64,000 bases of DNA, taken from positions 15,750-79,749 of the forward strand of contig JBMNOL010000001.1 in NCBI GenBank assembly GCA_050943055.1, in the 5' to 3' direction. Numbering within the stretch: the first letter of the stretch is position 1; every line of letters starts with the position of its first letter. The position numbers and the translations under genes are program-made. The DNA comes from Patescibacteria group bacterium (lineage in GTDB: Bacteria; Patescibacteriota; Patescibacteriia; Patescibacteriales; UBA12465). Positions 1-8,236 of this stretch are shown piece by piece. The notes under the pieces were generated by a model. It ran no database searches. It saw only the letters and a program-made list of their open reading frames with translations, and was not told where the DNA came from.

Positions 1-1
1 T

Positions 2-145
2 TTAAAATTACTCAAAAAGTATCAGCCCCAAGGCAACTTCCGTTTGGCGCAAACCTCTTTACAAAAATCAGAAACTAACGAGAAAACTTTAGAAAAATAT
101 TTAAACACTCTTAAACAAGAACTAACTACTTGGTTGACGCGCTAA
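2..145 (+). CDS. 3' end of an unidentified CDS truncated by the window edge
   Basis: Open frame from position 2 (LKLLKKYQPQGNF...ELTTWLTR) to TAA at 143-145. Confidence 0.5.
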   Translation, partial: LKLLKKYQPQGNFRLAQTSLQKSETNEKTLEKYLNTLKQELTTWLTR

Positions 146-201
146 AAATATTTTTTCTTGATTTGTCAGCCCATGAATGATATATCTATAAAGAAGATTA
201 A

Positions 202-277
202 GCGCCCATGGCTCAGTGGTTAGAGCACCGCTCTTATAAAGCGGGGGTCGATGGTTCGACTCCATCTGGGCGCACCA
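202..277 (+). tRNA. tRNA-Ile (anticodon UAU), CCA encoded
   Basis: Acceptor GCGCCCA/TGGGCGC, anticodon arm CCGCT-CTTATAA-AGCGG, GGTTCGACT T-loop, ACCA end. Confidence 0.93.
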
Positions 278-307
278 AGGCGAAGCGCAAAGCTTCGTTT
301 TTACTAG

Positions 308-338
308 GGGAGGAAAAACTAAAAAAAGCGTACTAATA
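308..338 (+). promoter_or_regulatory. Putative ECF-sigma promoter (GGGAGGA...AAAAAGCGTACTAATA), probably autoregulatory
   Basis: 16-nt identity with 1787-1802 and an equally spaced GGRAGRA element; CGTA is a typical ECF -10. Confidence 0.6.
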
Positions 339-346
339 TATAGGAG

Positions 347-916
347 ATGGTTAATCTTTACGACCCCAATGAGGTTCCAGATGCCAGTCTGGTCCAAGCC
401 GCTTTAAAAAAAAGTGATGATTTTGTTTTTTTACTTAACCGCTATCAAGAGCCTATCGCCCGTTTTGTCGCTCGACTTAATAATTATTCCTTGGAAGATA
501 ATGAAGATTTATTACAGCAAATTTGGCTAAAAGTTTATTTAAATCTTAATTCCTACAAACCAGAAAAAAAGTTTTCTTCTTGGCTCTACGCTATCGCTCG
601 CAACCAAACCATAAGTTATCACCGAAAAAGACAAACGCGGGCTGAAGGCCACCAACAAAGTTTAGAAGATTTGGTTGACTCCCAATTAGCCGCGGCTCTT
701 AATTTAGAAGATGATTTACACCTCCGCCTGGAGCAAGACCGAGTTAAGGAGGCTTTAAAAACTATTAAACCTAAGTTCCGGGAAATCCTAATCTTAAGTT
801 TTTTGGAAGAAAAAAATTACCAGGAAATTTCAGAAATTTTAAAAAAACCAACCGGAACGGTCGCCTCCCTGTTAAATCGGGCCAAAAAAAGTTTAAGAGA
901 AAAATTAGAACTTTGA
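347..916 (+). CDS. ECF (sigma-70 family) RNA polymerase sigma factor, SigW-like
   Basis: Region 2 (EDLLQQIWLKVY...FSSWLYAIARN) and region 4 (YQEISEIL..PTGTVASLLNRAKK). Confidence 0.92.
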   Translation: MVNLYDPNEVPDASLVQAALKKSDDFVFLLNRYQEPIARFVARLNNYSLEDNEDLLQQIWLKVYLNLNSYKPEKKFSSWLYAIARNQTISYHRKRQTRAEGHQQSLEDLVDSQLAAALNLEDDLHLRLEQDRVKEALKTIKPKFREILILSFLEEKNYQEISEILKKPTGTVASLLNRAKKSLREKLEL

Positions 917-920
917 AAAT

Positions 921-1688
921 ATGGAAATAAACCCTCAAAAATTTAAAAACAACGTAATTCAGGAAATTAAAGAAAAAAATCTTAAGCCACTTCCCGGCTG
1001 GTTCTTTGTGCTCAAAAACATTTTGCTTTGGATATTAGGAATACTGGCAGTTTTGGCCGGAGGCTTAACCCTTGCCGGCGCCTCTTTTATTAAACCTTTT
1101 GCCGTTTGGCAAGAGGCCTCCTCTATGGAAACCAGCCCCGTCTTTTTCTTAATTAACAGTCTCCCCTTAATTTGGGTTATAGCCATGATTGCTTTTACTC
1201 TTCTTGCTTATTCCCACATTAAAAAAACTGAAAACGGCTACCGCTTTTCTCCTCTCTTAATTTTAATATTAATTGTCGTCGCTACCTTAGCTACCGGTGG
1301 CGTGATGCGAGCAGCCGGAATAGATGAAAAAGTTGATGATGTTTTAAGCTATAATCTGCCTCAATATGAAACCATCATTAACCCCAATGTGAGATTGTGG
1401 TCCGATCCTCAAGCGGGGCGCCTGTGGGGCAAGGCGATTAGCCCCGAAGAAAATGGCTACCAAAAATTTTTAGATGCCAAACAAAAAGTCTGGAAAGTGA
1501 AGGCGGACAATTCCGACCACACTTTACCAATTGGCGAAACAATAAAACTTAAAGGCGAGAAAAAAAATAATGATACTTTTCATTATAAAACGAGTGCTCC
1601 TGGTGGTGCCGGGAAGGGATTTTTAGATCGCCTCTACCACAATCAGACTCAAGGGCGAGGTCAAGGACGAGGCCAGCGTAACCAATAA
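921..1688 (+). CDS. Membrane protein with 3 TM segments and a C-terminal soluble domain, possible anti-sigma factor
   Basis: Hydrophobic segments; starts 4 nt after the ECF sigma gene. Confidence 0.6.
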   Translation: MEINPQKFKNNVIQEIKEKNLKPLPGWFFVLKNILLWILGILAVLAGGLTLAGASFIKPFAVWQEASSMETSPVFFLINSLPLIWVIAMIAFTLLAYSHIKKTENGYRFSPLLILILIVVATLATGGVMRAAGIDEKVDDVLSYNLPQYETIINPNVRLWSDPQAGRLWGKAISPEENGYQKFLDAKQKVWKVKADNSDHTLPIGETIKLKGEKKNNDTFHYKTSAPGGAGKGFLDRLYHNQTQGRGQGRGQRNQ

Positions 1689-1712
1689 AAACGGCTAAAA
1701 AAGCCGTTTTTA
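1687..1712 (+). terminator. Intrinsic terminator
   Basis: AAAACGGCT-AAAA-AGCCGTTTT plus T tract. Confidence 0.75.
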
Positions 1713-1771
1713 TTATAAACGAAGAGCTTAGATAAAATTAATTTTTACTTTTTTAAAGAAGACGCAAGAAT

Positions 1772-1802
1772 GGAAGAATTATTTTTAAAAAGCGTACTAA
1801 TA
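1772..1802 (+). promoter_or_regulatory. Second copy of the ECF-type promoter motif
   Basis: GGAAGAA...AAAAAGCGTACTAATA with the same spacing as 308-338. Confidence 0.6.
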
Positions 1803-1865
1803 AGTATAGGGCCCCTCAAATTAATAATTAACTAGCCAAAGGTTTAAAAAACCGGCTCAAACCTT

Positions 1866-2540
1866 ATGTTAAATAAAAATATAATCAAAGGTAGTACTCT
1901 TATCGCAGCTATCGCCTTAATCGGCAGCGCGAGTTCAGTCTTAGCAGCCAACGATAATAATTTTAAATTGTGGCAAAAAAATCAACCGCCGAGCAGCCTT
2001 AACACCAACCAAAGACCGGCCCACCGGGGAAATATGGGCTTAACTTTAGGTAAAATAAAACCTGCTAATTTTTCACAACTAACCACCGCTGAGAAGGAAG
2101 CGGTCCGAGTAAAAATGGAGGCAGTTAGAAACGCTTTAAAGACCGCTAATTATCAAGAGTGGGTAAAGGCGGTTAAGGCTTTAAGCCCAAATGCGCCCCA
2201 ACTCCAAACCGTCACCGCAGCCAACTTTCAAGATTATGTTAATCGCTTCCAAGCTAATAATGAAAACAGAGATCTCCACTTAACTAATATGGCCACGCTC
2301 CGAACGGCCATTAATAACAATAATTACGAAGCTTGGAAAGTAGCAGTGAAAAAAATTAATCCTGACTCGCCTTTACTTAGCAAAGTTACTGCTGAAAATT
2401 TCTCCCGTTTAGTCGCGGCCCATAAAGCCGGCACTCCGGCCGAAAAACAAGCGATTTTAAAAGAGTTAGGGGTTGAGCAAGGCCAAGGCCTAAAAGCCGG
2501 GCCAGGACACAGTCAAAAAATGAAGATCCAGCGCAATTAA
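1866..2540 (+). CDS. Secreted hypothetical protein with two internal helical repeats
   Basis: Signal peptide (...SSVLA); repeats ALKTANYQEW...VTAANF and AINNNNYEAW...VTAENF. Confidence 0.75.
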   Translation: MLNKNIIKGSTLIAAIALIGSASSVLAANDNNFKLWQKNQPPSSLNTNQRPAHRGNMGLTLGKIKPANFSQLTTAEKEAVRVKMEAVRNALKTANYQEWVKAVKALSPNAPQLQTVTAANFQDYVNRFQANNENRDLHLTNMATLRTAINNNNYEAWKVAVKKINPDSPLLSKVTAENFSRLVAAHKAGTPAEKQAILKELGVEQGQGLKAGPGHSQKMKIQRN

Positions 2541-2765
2541 AAAAAAGTTAACACCCCCCTTAATCCTAAAAGCGGAGAAATTAATCTCCGCTTTTATTTT
2601 TCCCCTGCTAACAAAATTTTGAACAAGAAAACCTGTTTTTATTTAAAACCTCACCGGCCGAGACCGATCCAAAATTAATATCTCGACAATGGAGCGGAAT
2701 AAATTTATCATTATTAACTAAGCCTTTCCAAATTTATCTTAATATAATATAATGGGCTTATTGAC

Positions 2766-2839
2766 GGGCTCGTAGCTCAGTTGGTTAGAGCGCTACGTTG
2801 ACATCGTAGAGGTCTGCAGTTCGAGTCTGCACGAGCCCA
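2766..2839 (+). tRNA. tRNA-Val (GAC)
   Basis: GGGCTCG/CGAGCCC acceptor; CTACG-TTGACAT-CGTAG anticodon arm; no CCA. Confidence 0.95.
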
Positions 2840-2854
2840 CCGTAATTTTTTCTT

Positions 2855-3277
2855 ATGCTCAACAATTTATTCAATCGCCCCAATAAAGCGACCATCCAAG
2901 AAAATAGTCGACCAGCTATTAGCGATTGGTCTGCCGATCAAAATAATTACCAATTAGCCATTGATGTTTACCAAACCCCCAGTCAAATAATTATTCGAGC
3001 GATCGTTCCAGGAGCGGAACCGGAAGATTTAAAAATTTCTTTACATAATGACTTGCTCACCATCAAGTACCAAAAAATTGATGAGTTAGCAGTTCCTGAA
3101 GAAGACTACTTTTATAAAGAGTGTTTTTTTGGACCTTGTCACCGCTCTTTAATTTTACCGGCCGAGGTTGATAATCGAGAAATTAGCGCGAATGTTGAAA
3201 ATGGAATCTTAACCATCGCTCTCAAGCGCTTAAACCACGGCCCCGAACTCGGTCAAGAAATTAAAATTGATTATTAA
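2855..3277 (+). CDS. Hsp20/alpha-crystallin small heat shock protein
   Basis: AIDVYQT...IVPG..EDLKISL...FGP..RSLILP..V...A..ENGILTI. Confidence 0.9.
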   Translation: MLNNLFNRPNKATIQENSRPAISDWSADQNNYQLAIDVYQTPSQIIIRAIVPGAEPEDLKISLHNDLLTIKYQKIDELAVPEEDYFYKECFFGPCHRSLILPAEVDNREISANVENGILTIALKRLNHGPELGQEIKIDY

Positions 3278-3285
3278 TCTTAATT

Positions 3286-3381
3286 ATGAGTACACCCGAT
3301 TTATTTGAGCTCCTAAATAGTCAAACCTCGGAAGAAGATTCGGCTCCAAAAGATTTGCTTAATGACTTATTGACGGCCTAG
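3286..3381 (+). CDS. Candidate 31-aa acidic microprotein (MSTPDLFELLNSQTSEEDSAPKDLLNDLLTA)
   Basis: ATG-TAG ORF that neatly fills the gap between hsp20 and the VanW gene; below the ORF-track cutoff. Confidence 0.4.
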   Translation: MSTPDLFELLNSQTSEEDSAPKDLLNDLLTA

Positions 3382-3397
3382 GAACCAACAAACAAAT

Positions 3398-5293
3398 ATG
3401 AAAAAAATAGAAAAGCGCCCGCCAAAGAAAAATTTTTTTATCTTCTTGGGGGCATTTTTATTAATCTTATTATTAACCAGCGGCGCGATTTTTTTCTTCA
3501 CTTGGAAACTCAACGCTAATAAAATTAACCCGGGCACCAGTGTCGGCCCTATTTTAGTCGGCAATTTAACAATCGGTGAGGCCCAGCAGTTAATAGAAAA
3601 AAATCTGCAGGCTTGGGAGCAATCAAGATTAGTAGTCCGACATAATGATACCCGCTTAGAAATTCCGGCCGCCATCCAAGTCAACGTCGAGGCCAGTTTG
3701 CCAATTTTTACTTGGCAACCGGAACTAATAAATCAATTTTTAACCAACAATCTTGCAGCTAATTCTTGGCAACGTTATTTAGTTAGTTACTTTACCCCCG
3801 CCCACTTAGATATTCCTTATTTCTTAGATGAGGCCTTGCTTAAAAGCTATTTAACTGAAGCTCTTCCCGATCTTACCATCACCCCTCAGGACGCTAGTTT
3901 CATAGTTCATGAAGACTTAAGCACTGATTGGGAATTTACGATTCGGCCGGAACAGATTGGCCGACAAATTAATTTTGAAACGGCTCTCAAAACAATTCAT
4001 AAAAATTTAGCCACCCTAAGCAATGAAGAGGCTGTTCTTACAACCAAATTAGTTCGCCCCCAGGTTTATCAAGCTGATTTAGAAAATTTAAGACCAGCCG
4101 CTCAAGCCTTGATTAATCAAGGTGGTCTAACCTTAACTGTCGCCGCCGATGCAGAAACCGCCACGAGCACTTGGATAGTGCCAAAAAGCACCGTGGCGAC
4201 CTGGATTGTTCCTAAGTTTAATAATCAATCGCAAACGGTCGGTTTGGATTCTAAAAAAATTGCCGCTTATTTAAACGAACTAGTTGCCCCCGATATTAAT
4301 CGCGAACCTCAAGCACCTCGCTATGAACTAGCAGAAAATCGTTTAACTGATTGGTCGCCGGCCGTAATCGGAAAAAAATTAGACACGGAAAAAAGTGTTA
4401 CTGATATTTTAGAAAATTATTTAGAAAATAAAATTACGGAAACGGAGTTAAGTGTCAACCTAATCTTACCGGAAATAAAAAGTGGCGATAACCCCTTAAG
4501 AATTGAAGAACTAATCGGAACTGGCCACTCCAATTTTTCCGGCTCTTCTAAAAACCGACGTCACAACATTAAGGTTGGCGCCGATACTCTACATGGCTTA
4601 CTAATTGCTCCCGGTGAAGAATTTTCTTTAATTAAGGCTCTTGGGGATATGGATGCCAGTGGCGGCTACTTACCGGAATACGTAATTAAAGGTGACAAAA
4701 CCCAACTTGAATATGGTGGCGGCCTATGTCAGGTAGCAACGACCATCTTCCGTTCCGCCTTAGGCTCCGGCCTGCCAATCACGATGCGCCAAAATCATTC
4801 TTACCGCGTTAGCTACTATGAGCCAGCCGGTATGGATGCCGCTATTTATGATCCGCTCCCCGATGTCCGCTTTATCAATGATAGTCCCGATTATATATTG
4901 ATTCAGGCACGCATTGACGGCGATGATCTTTACTTTGATTTCTGGGGTAAAGAGGATGGCCGTGAAGCTACGACCACCACGCCGGTAATTTTTAACATTG
5001 TTAAACCGGCGCCAACAAAAATTATTGAAACCACCGATCTTAAACCCGGCGAAAAAAGATGTACCGAGAGTTCACATAATGGGGCTGATACTTATTTTGA
5101 TTACACTGTTATCTATCCTGACGGTGAAGAAAAAGTGAAGCGCTTTAAATCTCATTATGTTCCTTGGCAAGCAGTTTGTTTAGTCGGCGTCGACCCGGAA
5201 GCGAAAGCGGAAGAGGCAGAACAGACTGAAGCCGAAACAGATTCTTCTAACACTGCTAGCTCTACTCCAGAAACAGAGACGAAGCCGGAATAA
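3398..5293 (+). CDS. VanW-family protein with N-terminal TM anchor and PG-binding-4-like regions
   Basis: NRRHNI, GEEFS, GGGLCQVATTIFR, HSYRVSYY motifs. Confidence 0.9.
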   Translation: MKKIEKRPPKKNFFIFLGAFLLILLLTSGAIFFFTWKLNANKINPGTSVGPILVGNLTIGEAQQLIEKNLQAWEQSRLVVRHNDTRLEIPAAIQVNVEASLPIFTWQPELINQFLTNNLAANSWQRYLVSYFTPAHLDIPYFLDEALLKSYLTEALPDLTITPQDASFIVHEDLSTDWEFTIRPEQIGRQINFETALKTIHKNLATLSNEEAVLTTKLVRPQVYQADLENLRPAAQALINQGGLTLTVAADAETATSTWIVPKSTVATWIVPKFNNQSQTVGLDSKKIAAYLNELVAPDINREPQAPRYELAENRLTDWSPAVIGKKLDTEKSVTDILENYLENKITETELSVNLILPEIKSGDNPLRIEELIGTGHSNFSGSSKNRRHNIKVGADTLHGLLIAPGEEFSLIKALGDMDASGGYLPEYVIKGDKTQLEYGGGLCQVATTIFRSALGSGLPITMRQNHSYRVSYYEPAGMDAAIYDPLPDVRFINDSPDYILIQARIDGDDLYFDFWGKEDGREATTTTPVIFNIVKPAPTKIIETTDLKPGEKRCTESSHNGADTYFDYTVIYPDGEEKVKRFKSHYVPWQAVCLVGVDPEAKAEEAEQTEAETDSSNTASSTPETETKPE

Positions 5294-5309
5294 TAATTAA
5301 TTAAAAAAG

Positions 5310-5337
5310 AAAGCGCCCCCACAGAGAGGGCGCTTTG
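5310..5337. terminator. Bidirectional intrinsic terminator
   Basis: AAAGCGCCC...GGGCGCTTT hairpin flanked by A/T tracts. Confidence 0.75.
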
Positions 5338-5349
5338 ATTTAAAAAAAA

Positions 5350-5522
5350 GATCGTCTGAAACGGGCAGGCAAGAAAATCTCTTCTAGGAATCCCCGAGCC
5401 TATGAGAGAATACCATTTCTGATATTATCTCACAGGCCCAAAAAACCCTAGTAAGAAAATCCCCATGCTTGTCGTGCCTAACCCGTTTCAAACGACCTTA
5501 GTAAAAAGAACTGAAGCGCTAA
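5350..5522 (-). ncRNA. Structured ncRNA, long rod with internal bubble; 6S RNA candidate
   Basis: Own promoter TTGACA(5557-5552)-17-TATATT(5534-5529); closing stem GTCGTTTGAAACGGG/CCCGTTTCAGACGAT; further nested stems; terminator downstream; no ORF. Confidence 0.55.
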
Positions 5523-5580
5523 CGATTCAATATAGCATACCGTTAATTCTTTGTCAAGCCCCTTGGAGTTAGTAACTTTA

Positions 5581-6414
5581 TTAGGGGGTCATTTTTAAAT
5601 AAATTTCTTTATTATTAGCAAATATATTTATAGTACCAAGCTCATCGGTGCGAAAAATATTTCCCGTTATCAACGCTAACCTTTTTAAAGTTTCCGGATG
5701 TGGATGAGAAAATTTATTATCCTTCCCTACTGAGATAATGGCGACAAGCGGCTTAACAGTTCTTAAAAAATTTTCCTGACTAGCACTTGAAGCCCCATGA
5801 TGAGAAATTTTTAAAACATCATAGGTGCTTAAACCGCCCACCAACAAATCAGTCTCGATTTCTTGACCAGCATCACCAGTAAATAAAAACTGACGCTGGC
5901 CGCAGACTAATTCACTGACCACCGACTGGTCATTAACTTCTTTACTGGCGGCGGCGCTCAAAATATTAATCCGACAATACTCCCCAAGCGGAAAAGAGTC
6001 AGCAGCAGTAATTTTTTGTTTAGGAATTTTATTTTTTTCTAAATTACTAAACCACTCTTTAATTAAAATATTATCCTCATCTACTTCTCCATAAAAAACT
6101 TGTTTAATTTGATAGCGCTCACCAAGCTCAATCAAACCGAACAAATGATCGCTGTGTTCATGAGTTAGTAAAACAAAATCTAACTGGCGCTGCCACCAAG
6201 GTAAGACGGTGCTCAATTCTTCTAACAGACGGTTATCGGGACCACCGTCAATTAACAAAGTTTTTTTGTCCGGAGTCACAATTAAAATTGCATCGCCTTG
6301 CCCGACGGAAAGAAAAGAAACCTTAACCGAACCCCGCGGATAAAGTGACTGAGGGAGAAAAACCGTCAGACCAAGTGAAAAAAATAAACTACTGACTAAA
6401 AGTAAGCGTTTCAT
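5581..6414 (-). CDS. ComEC/Rec2-like metallo-beta-lactamase-fold nuclease domain
   Basis: VGQGDAILI, LIDGG, THEHSDH, FTGD, LKISHHG, SVGKDN..HPH, RTDELG. Confidence 0.9.
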   Translation of the reverse strand: MKRLLLVSSLFFSLGLTVFLPQSLYPRGSVKVSFLSVGQGDAILIVTPDKKTLLIDGGPDNRLLEELSTVLPWWQRQLDFVLLTHEHSDHLFGLIELGERYQIKQVFYGEVDEDNILIKEWFSNLEKNKIPKQKITAADSFPLGEYCRINILSAAASKEVNDQSVVSELVCGQRQFLFTGDAGQEIETDLLVGGLSTYDVLKISHHGASSASQENFLRTVKPLVAIISVGKDNKFSHPHPETLKRLALITGNIFRTDELGTINIFANNKEIYLKMTP

Positions 6415-6515
6415 ATTTTTAGTCTAACACAGCGAGTATCAAGTTTTCCTCAATTACAAAAATCGCCCGGAAACCGGACGATTTTTGTATAATTTTCAAA
6501 TGGCTTAAAAAAGAA

Positions 6516-6740
6516 TTATTTTTTCTTTTTTGGAGCGGCCTTTTTAACTGCTTTTTTAGGAGCAACTTTTTTCGGGGCGGCTTTTTTAACCATCTTTTTC
6601 ACTGCTTTTTTAGGAGCAGCCATCTTTACAACTTTTTTAGGAGCTGCTTTTTTAACCACCTTTTTAACTGCTTTTTTAGGAGCAACTTTTTTCGGGGCGG
6701 CTTTCTTCACAACTTTTTTAGCCGGTTTATTTGCGGGCAT
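6516..6740 (-). CDS. Histone H1-like Lys/Ala/Pro-rich DNA-binding protein (start reassigned to ATG at 6740)
   Basis: KKAAPKK repeats; strong SD AAAGGAGGTGA just upstream of ATG 6740. Confidence 0.8.
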   Translation of the reverse strand: MPANKPAKKVVKKAAPKKVAPKKAVKKVVKKAAPKKVVKMAAPKKAVKKMVKKAAPKKVAPKKAVKKAAPKKKK

Positions 6741-6853
6741 ATTTTCACCTCCTTTCAATTGGAACTAATTTAAAATTTTTTTTAAAAAAAATTACATCGA
6801 CCGAAAAACTTATTCTAATTATACATCCAGATGAAAACGATAGCAATGCTTTT

Positions 6854-8233
6854 TTATTTTTTTAAACGTGCAAAAAAATATTTTTCCAATTCTGAAATTT
6901 TAATTCTCTCTTGAGTCATCGTATCACGATCACGAACAGTTACCGTCTCATCTTCCAAACTATCAAAATCAACGGTGATGCAAAACGGTGTACCAATTTC
7001 ATCTTGACGCCGGTAACGCTTGCCCACATTGCCATTATCATCAAACTCACAAGAAAATTGTGAGCGTAAATTATTATAAATTTTTTGAGCCGCTGCCACT
7101 AACTCCGGTTTATTTTTGAGAAGGGGAAAGACCGCAATCGTGACCGGCGCTAAATCGGCCGGCAATTTTAAAACCACTCTAGTTTCTTTTTCCGAAACAG
7201 TTTCTTCGTGATAAGCAGAAAGTAGGGTCACTAAAAAACAGCGATCTAAACCAAAGCTGGGTTCTAAAACATGAGGCGTGACATGACGATTAGTAGTAGC
7301 TTCAAAATATTCCAACTTTTGATTAGAAAATTCACTGTGTTGTTTTAAATCAAAATCGCCGCGATGAGCTAAACCACACAGTTCTTTAAAGCCACCAAAA
7401 GGCATGTCATACTCTAAGTCAACCGTCTTGCGGGAGTAGTGCGATAATTTTTCTTGGGGATGTTCATAGCGCCGAATTTTTTTAGAGTCAACCCCTAAAT
7501 CATCAACAAAAAAATGTTCCTGCTCCGCCAAAAGAGAAGCAAACAGTGGCTGCCAGTCTTTTTCCGGATCAATAAAATATTCTAATTCCATTTGTTCAAA
7601 TTCGCGAGTTCGAAAAATAAAATTACCGACAATAATCTCATTGCGAAAGGCTTTACCAATTTGCGCAATACCAAAGGGCAGCTTCGGACGCATCACATCA
7701 ACAACATTTTTAAACTCGGCAAAAATAGCGCCCGCTGTCTCCGGACGCAAATAGACCATTTCTTCAACACCATTCATCTCCGTTTTAAACATCATGTTAA
7801 AAAATCTGACCGCGCTCCAATTCTTTGCTCCGCAAGCGGGACAAGCAATTTCTAGCAACGCCTTATTTAAAGCGTCTAAATCACCTTCTAAATCTTGACC
7901 AGTGGCTTCTAAAACTAAATGATCAGCGCGCCAACGCTTACGGCATTTTTTACAATCAACCATGGCATCATTAAAACCACCGACGTGACCGCTGGCTTCC
8001 CATAACCGTGAGGGTAAAATAATCGGACCATCTAAACCATAAACTTCATCCCGACTAGAAACAAAACGATTCCACCATTTCTGTTTTATTTTATTTTTTA
8101 GAGTTACGCCGTAAGGGCCATAACTATAAGCCCCGGACAAACCGCCATAAATTTCCCCGGCCGGAAAAACAAAGCCGCGCCGCTTACAAAGAGAAACAAT
8201 TTTTTCCATTAAATCATTAGTAGCTTCTTTCAT
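6854..8233 (-). CDS. glyQS: Glycine--tRNA ligase, alpha2 (eukaryote/archaea-like) type
   Basis: CKRRGF, YLRPETA, FRNEI, FRTREFEQME, EPSFGLDR, GKRYRRQDEIGTP. Confidence 0.96.
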   Translation of the reverse strand: MKEATNDLMEKIVSLCKRRGFVFPAGEIYGGLSGAYSYGPYGVTLKNKIKQKWWNRFVSSRDEVYGLDGPIILPSRLWEASGHVGGFNDAMVDCKKCRKRWRADHLVLEATGQDLEGDLDALNKALLEIACPACGAKNWSAVRFFNMMFKTEMNGVEEMVYLRPETAGAIFAEFKNVVDVMRPKLPFGIAQIGKAFRNEIIVGNFIFRTREFEQMELEYFIDPEKDWQPLFASLLAEQEHFFVDDLGVDSKKIRRYEHPQEKLSHYSRKTVDLEYDMPFGGFKELCGLAHRGDFDLKQHSEFSNQKLEYFEATTNRHVTPHVLEPSFGLDRCFLVTLLSAYHEETVSEKETRVVLKLPADLAPVTIAVFPLLKNKPELVAAAQKIYNNLRSQFSCEFDDNGNVGKRYRRQDEIGTPFCITVDFDSLEDETVTVRDRDTMTQERIKISELEKYFFARLKK

Positions 8234-8236
8234 ATT

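Noticed and set aside
122-397. 91-aa minus-strand ORF
   Set aside because: Antisense to tRNA-Ile and the ECF gene start; a shadow ORF
6530-6725. Short tandem repeats resembling a CRISPR or VNTR array
   Set aside because: They encode the KKAAPKK repeats of the histone-like protein; no unique spacers and no cas genes
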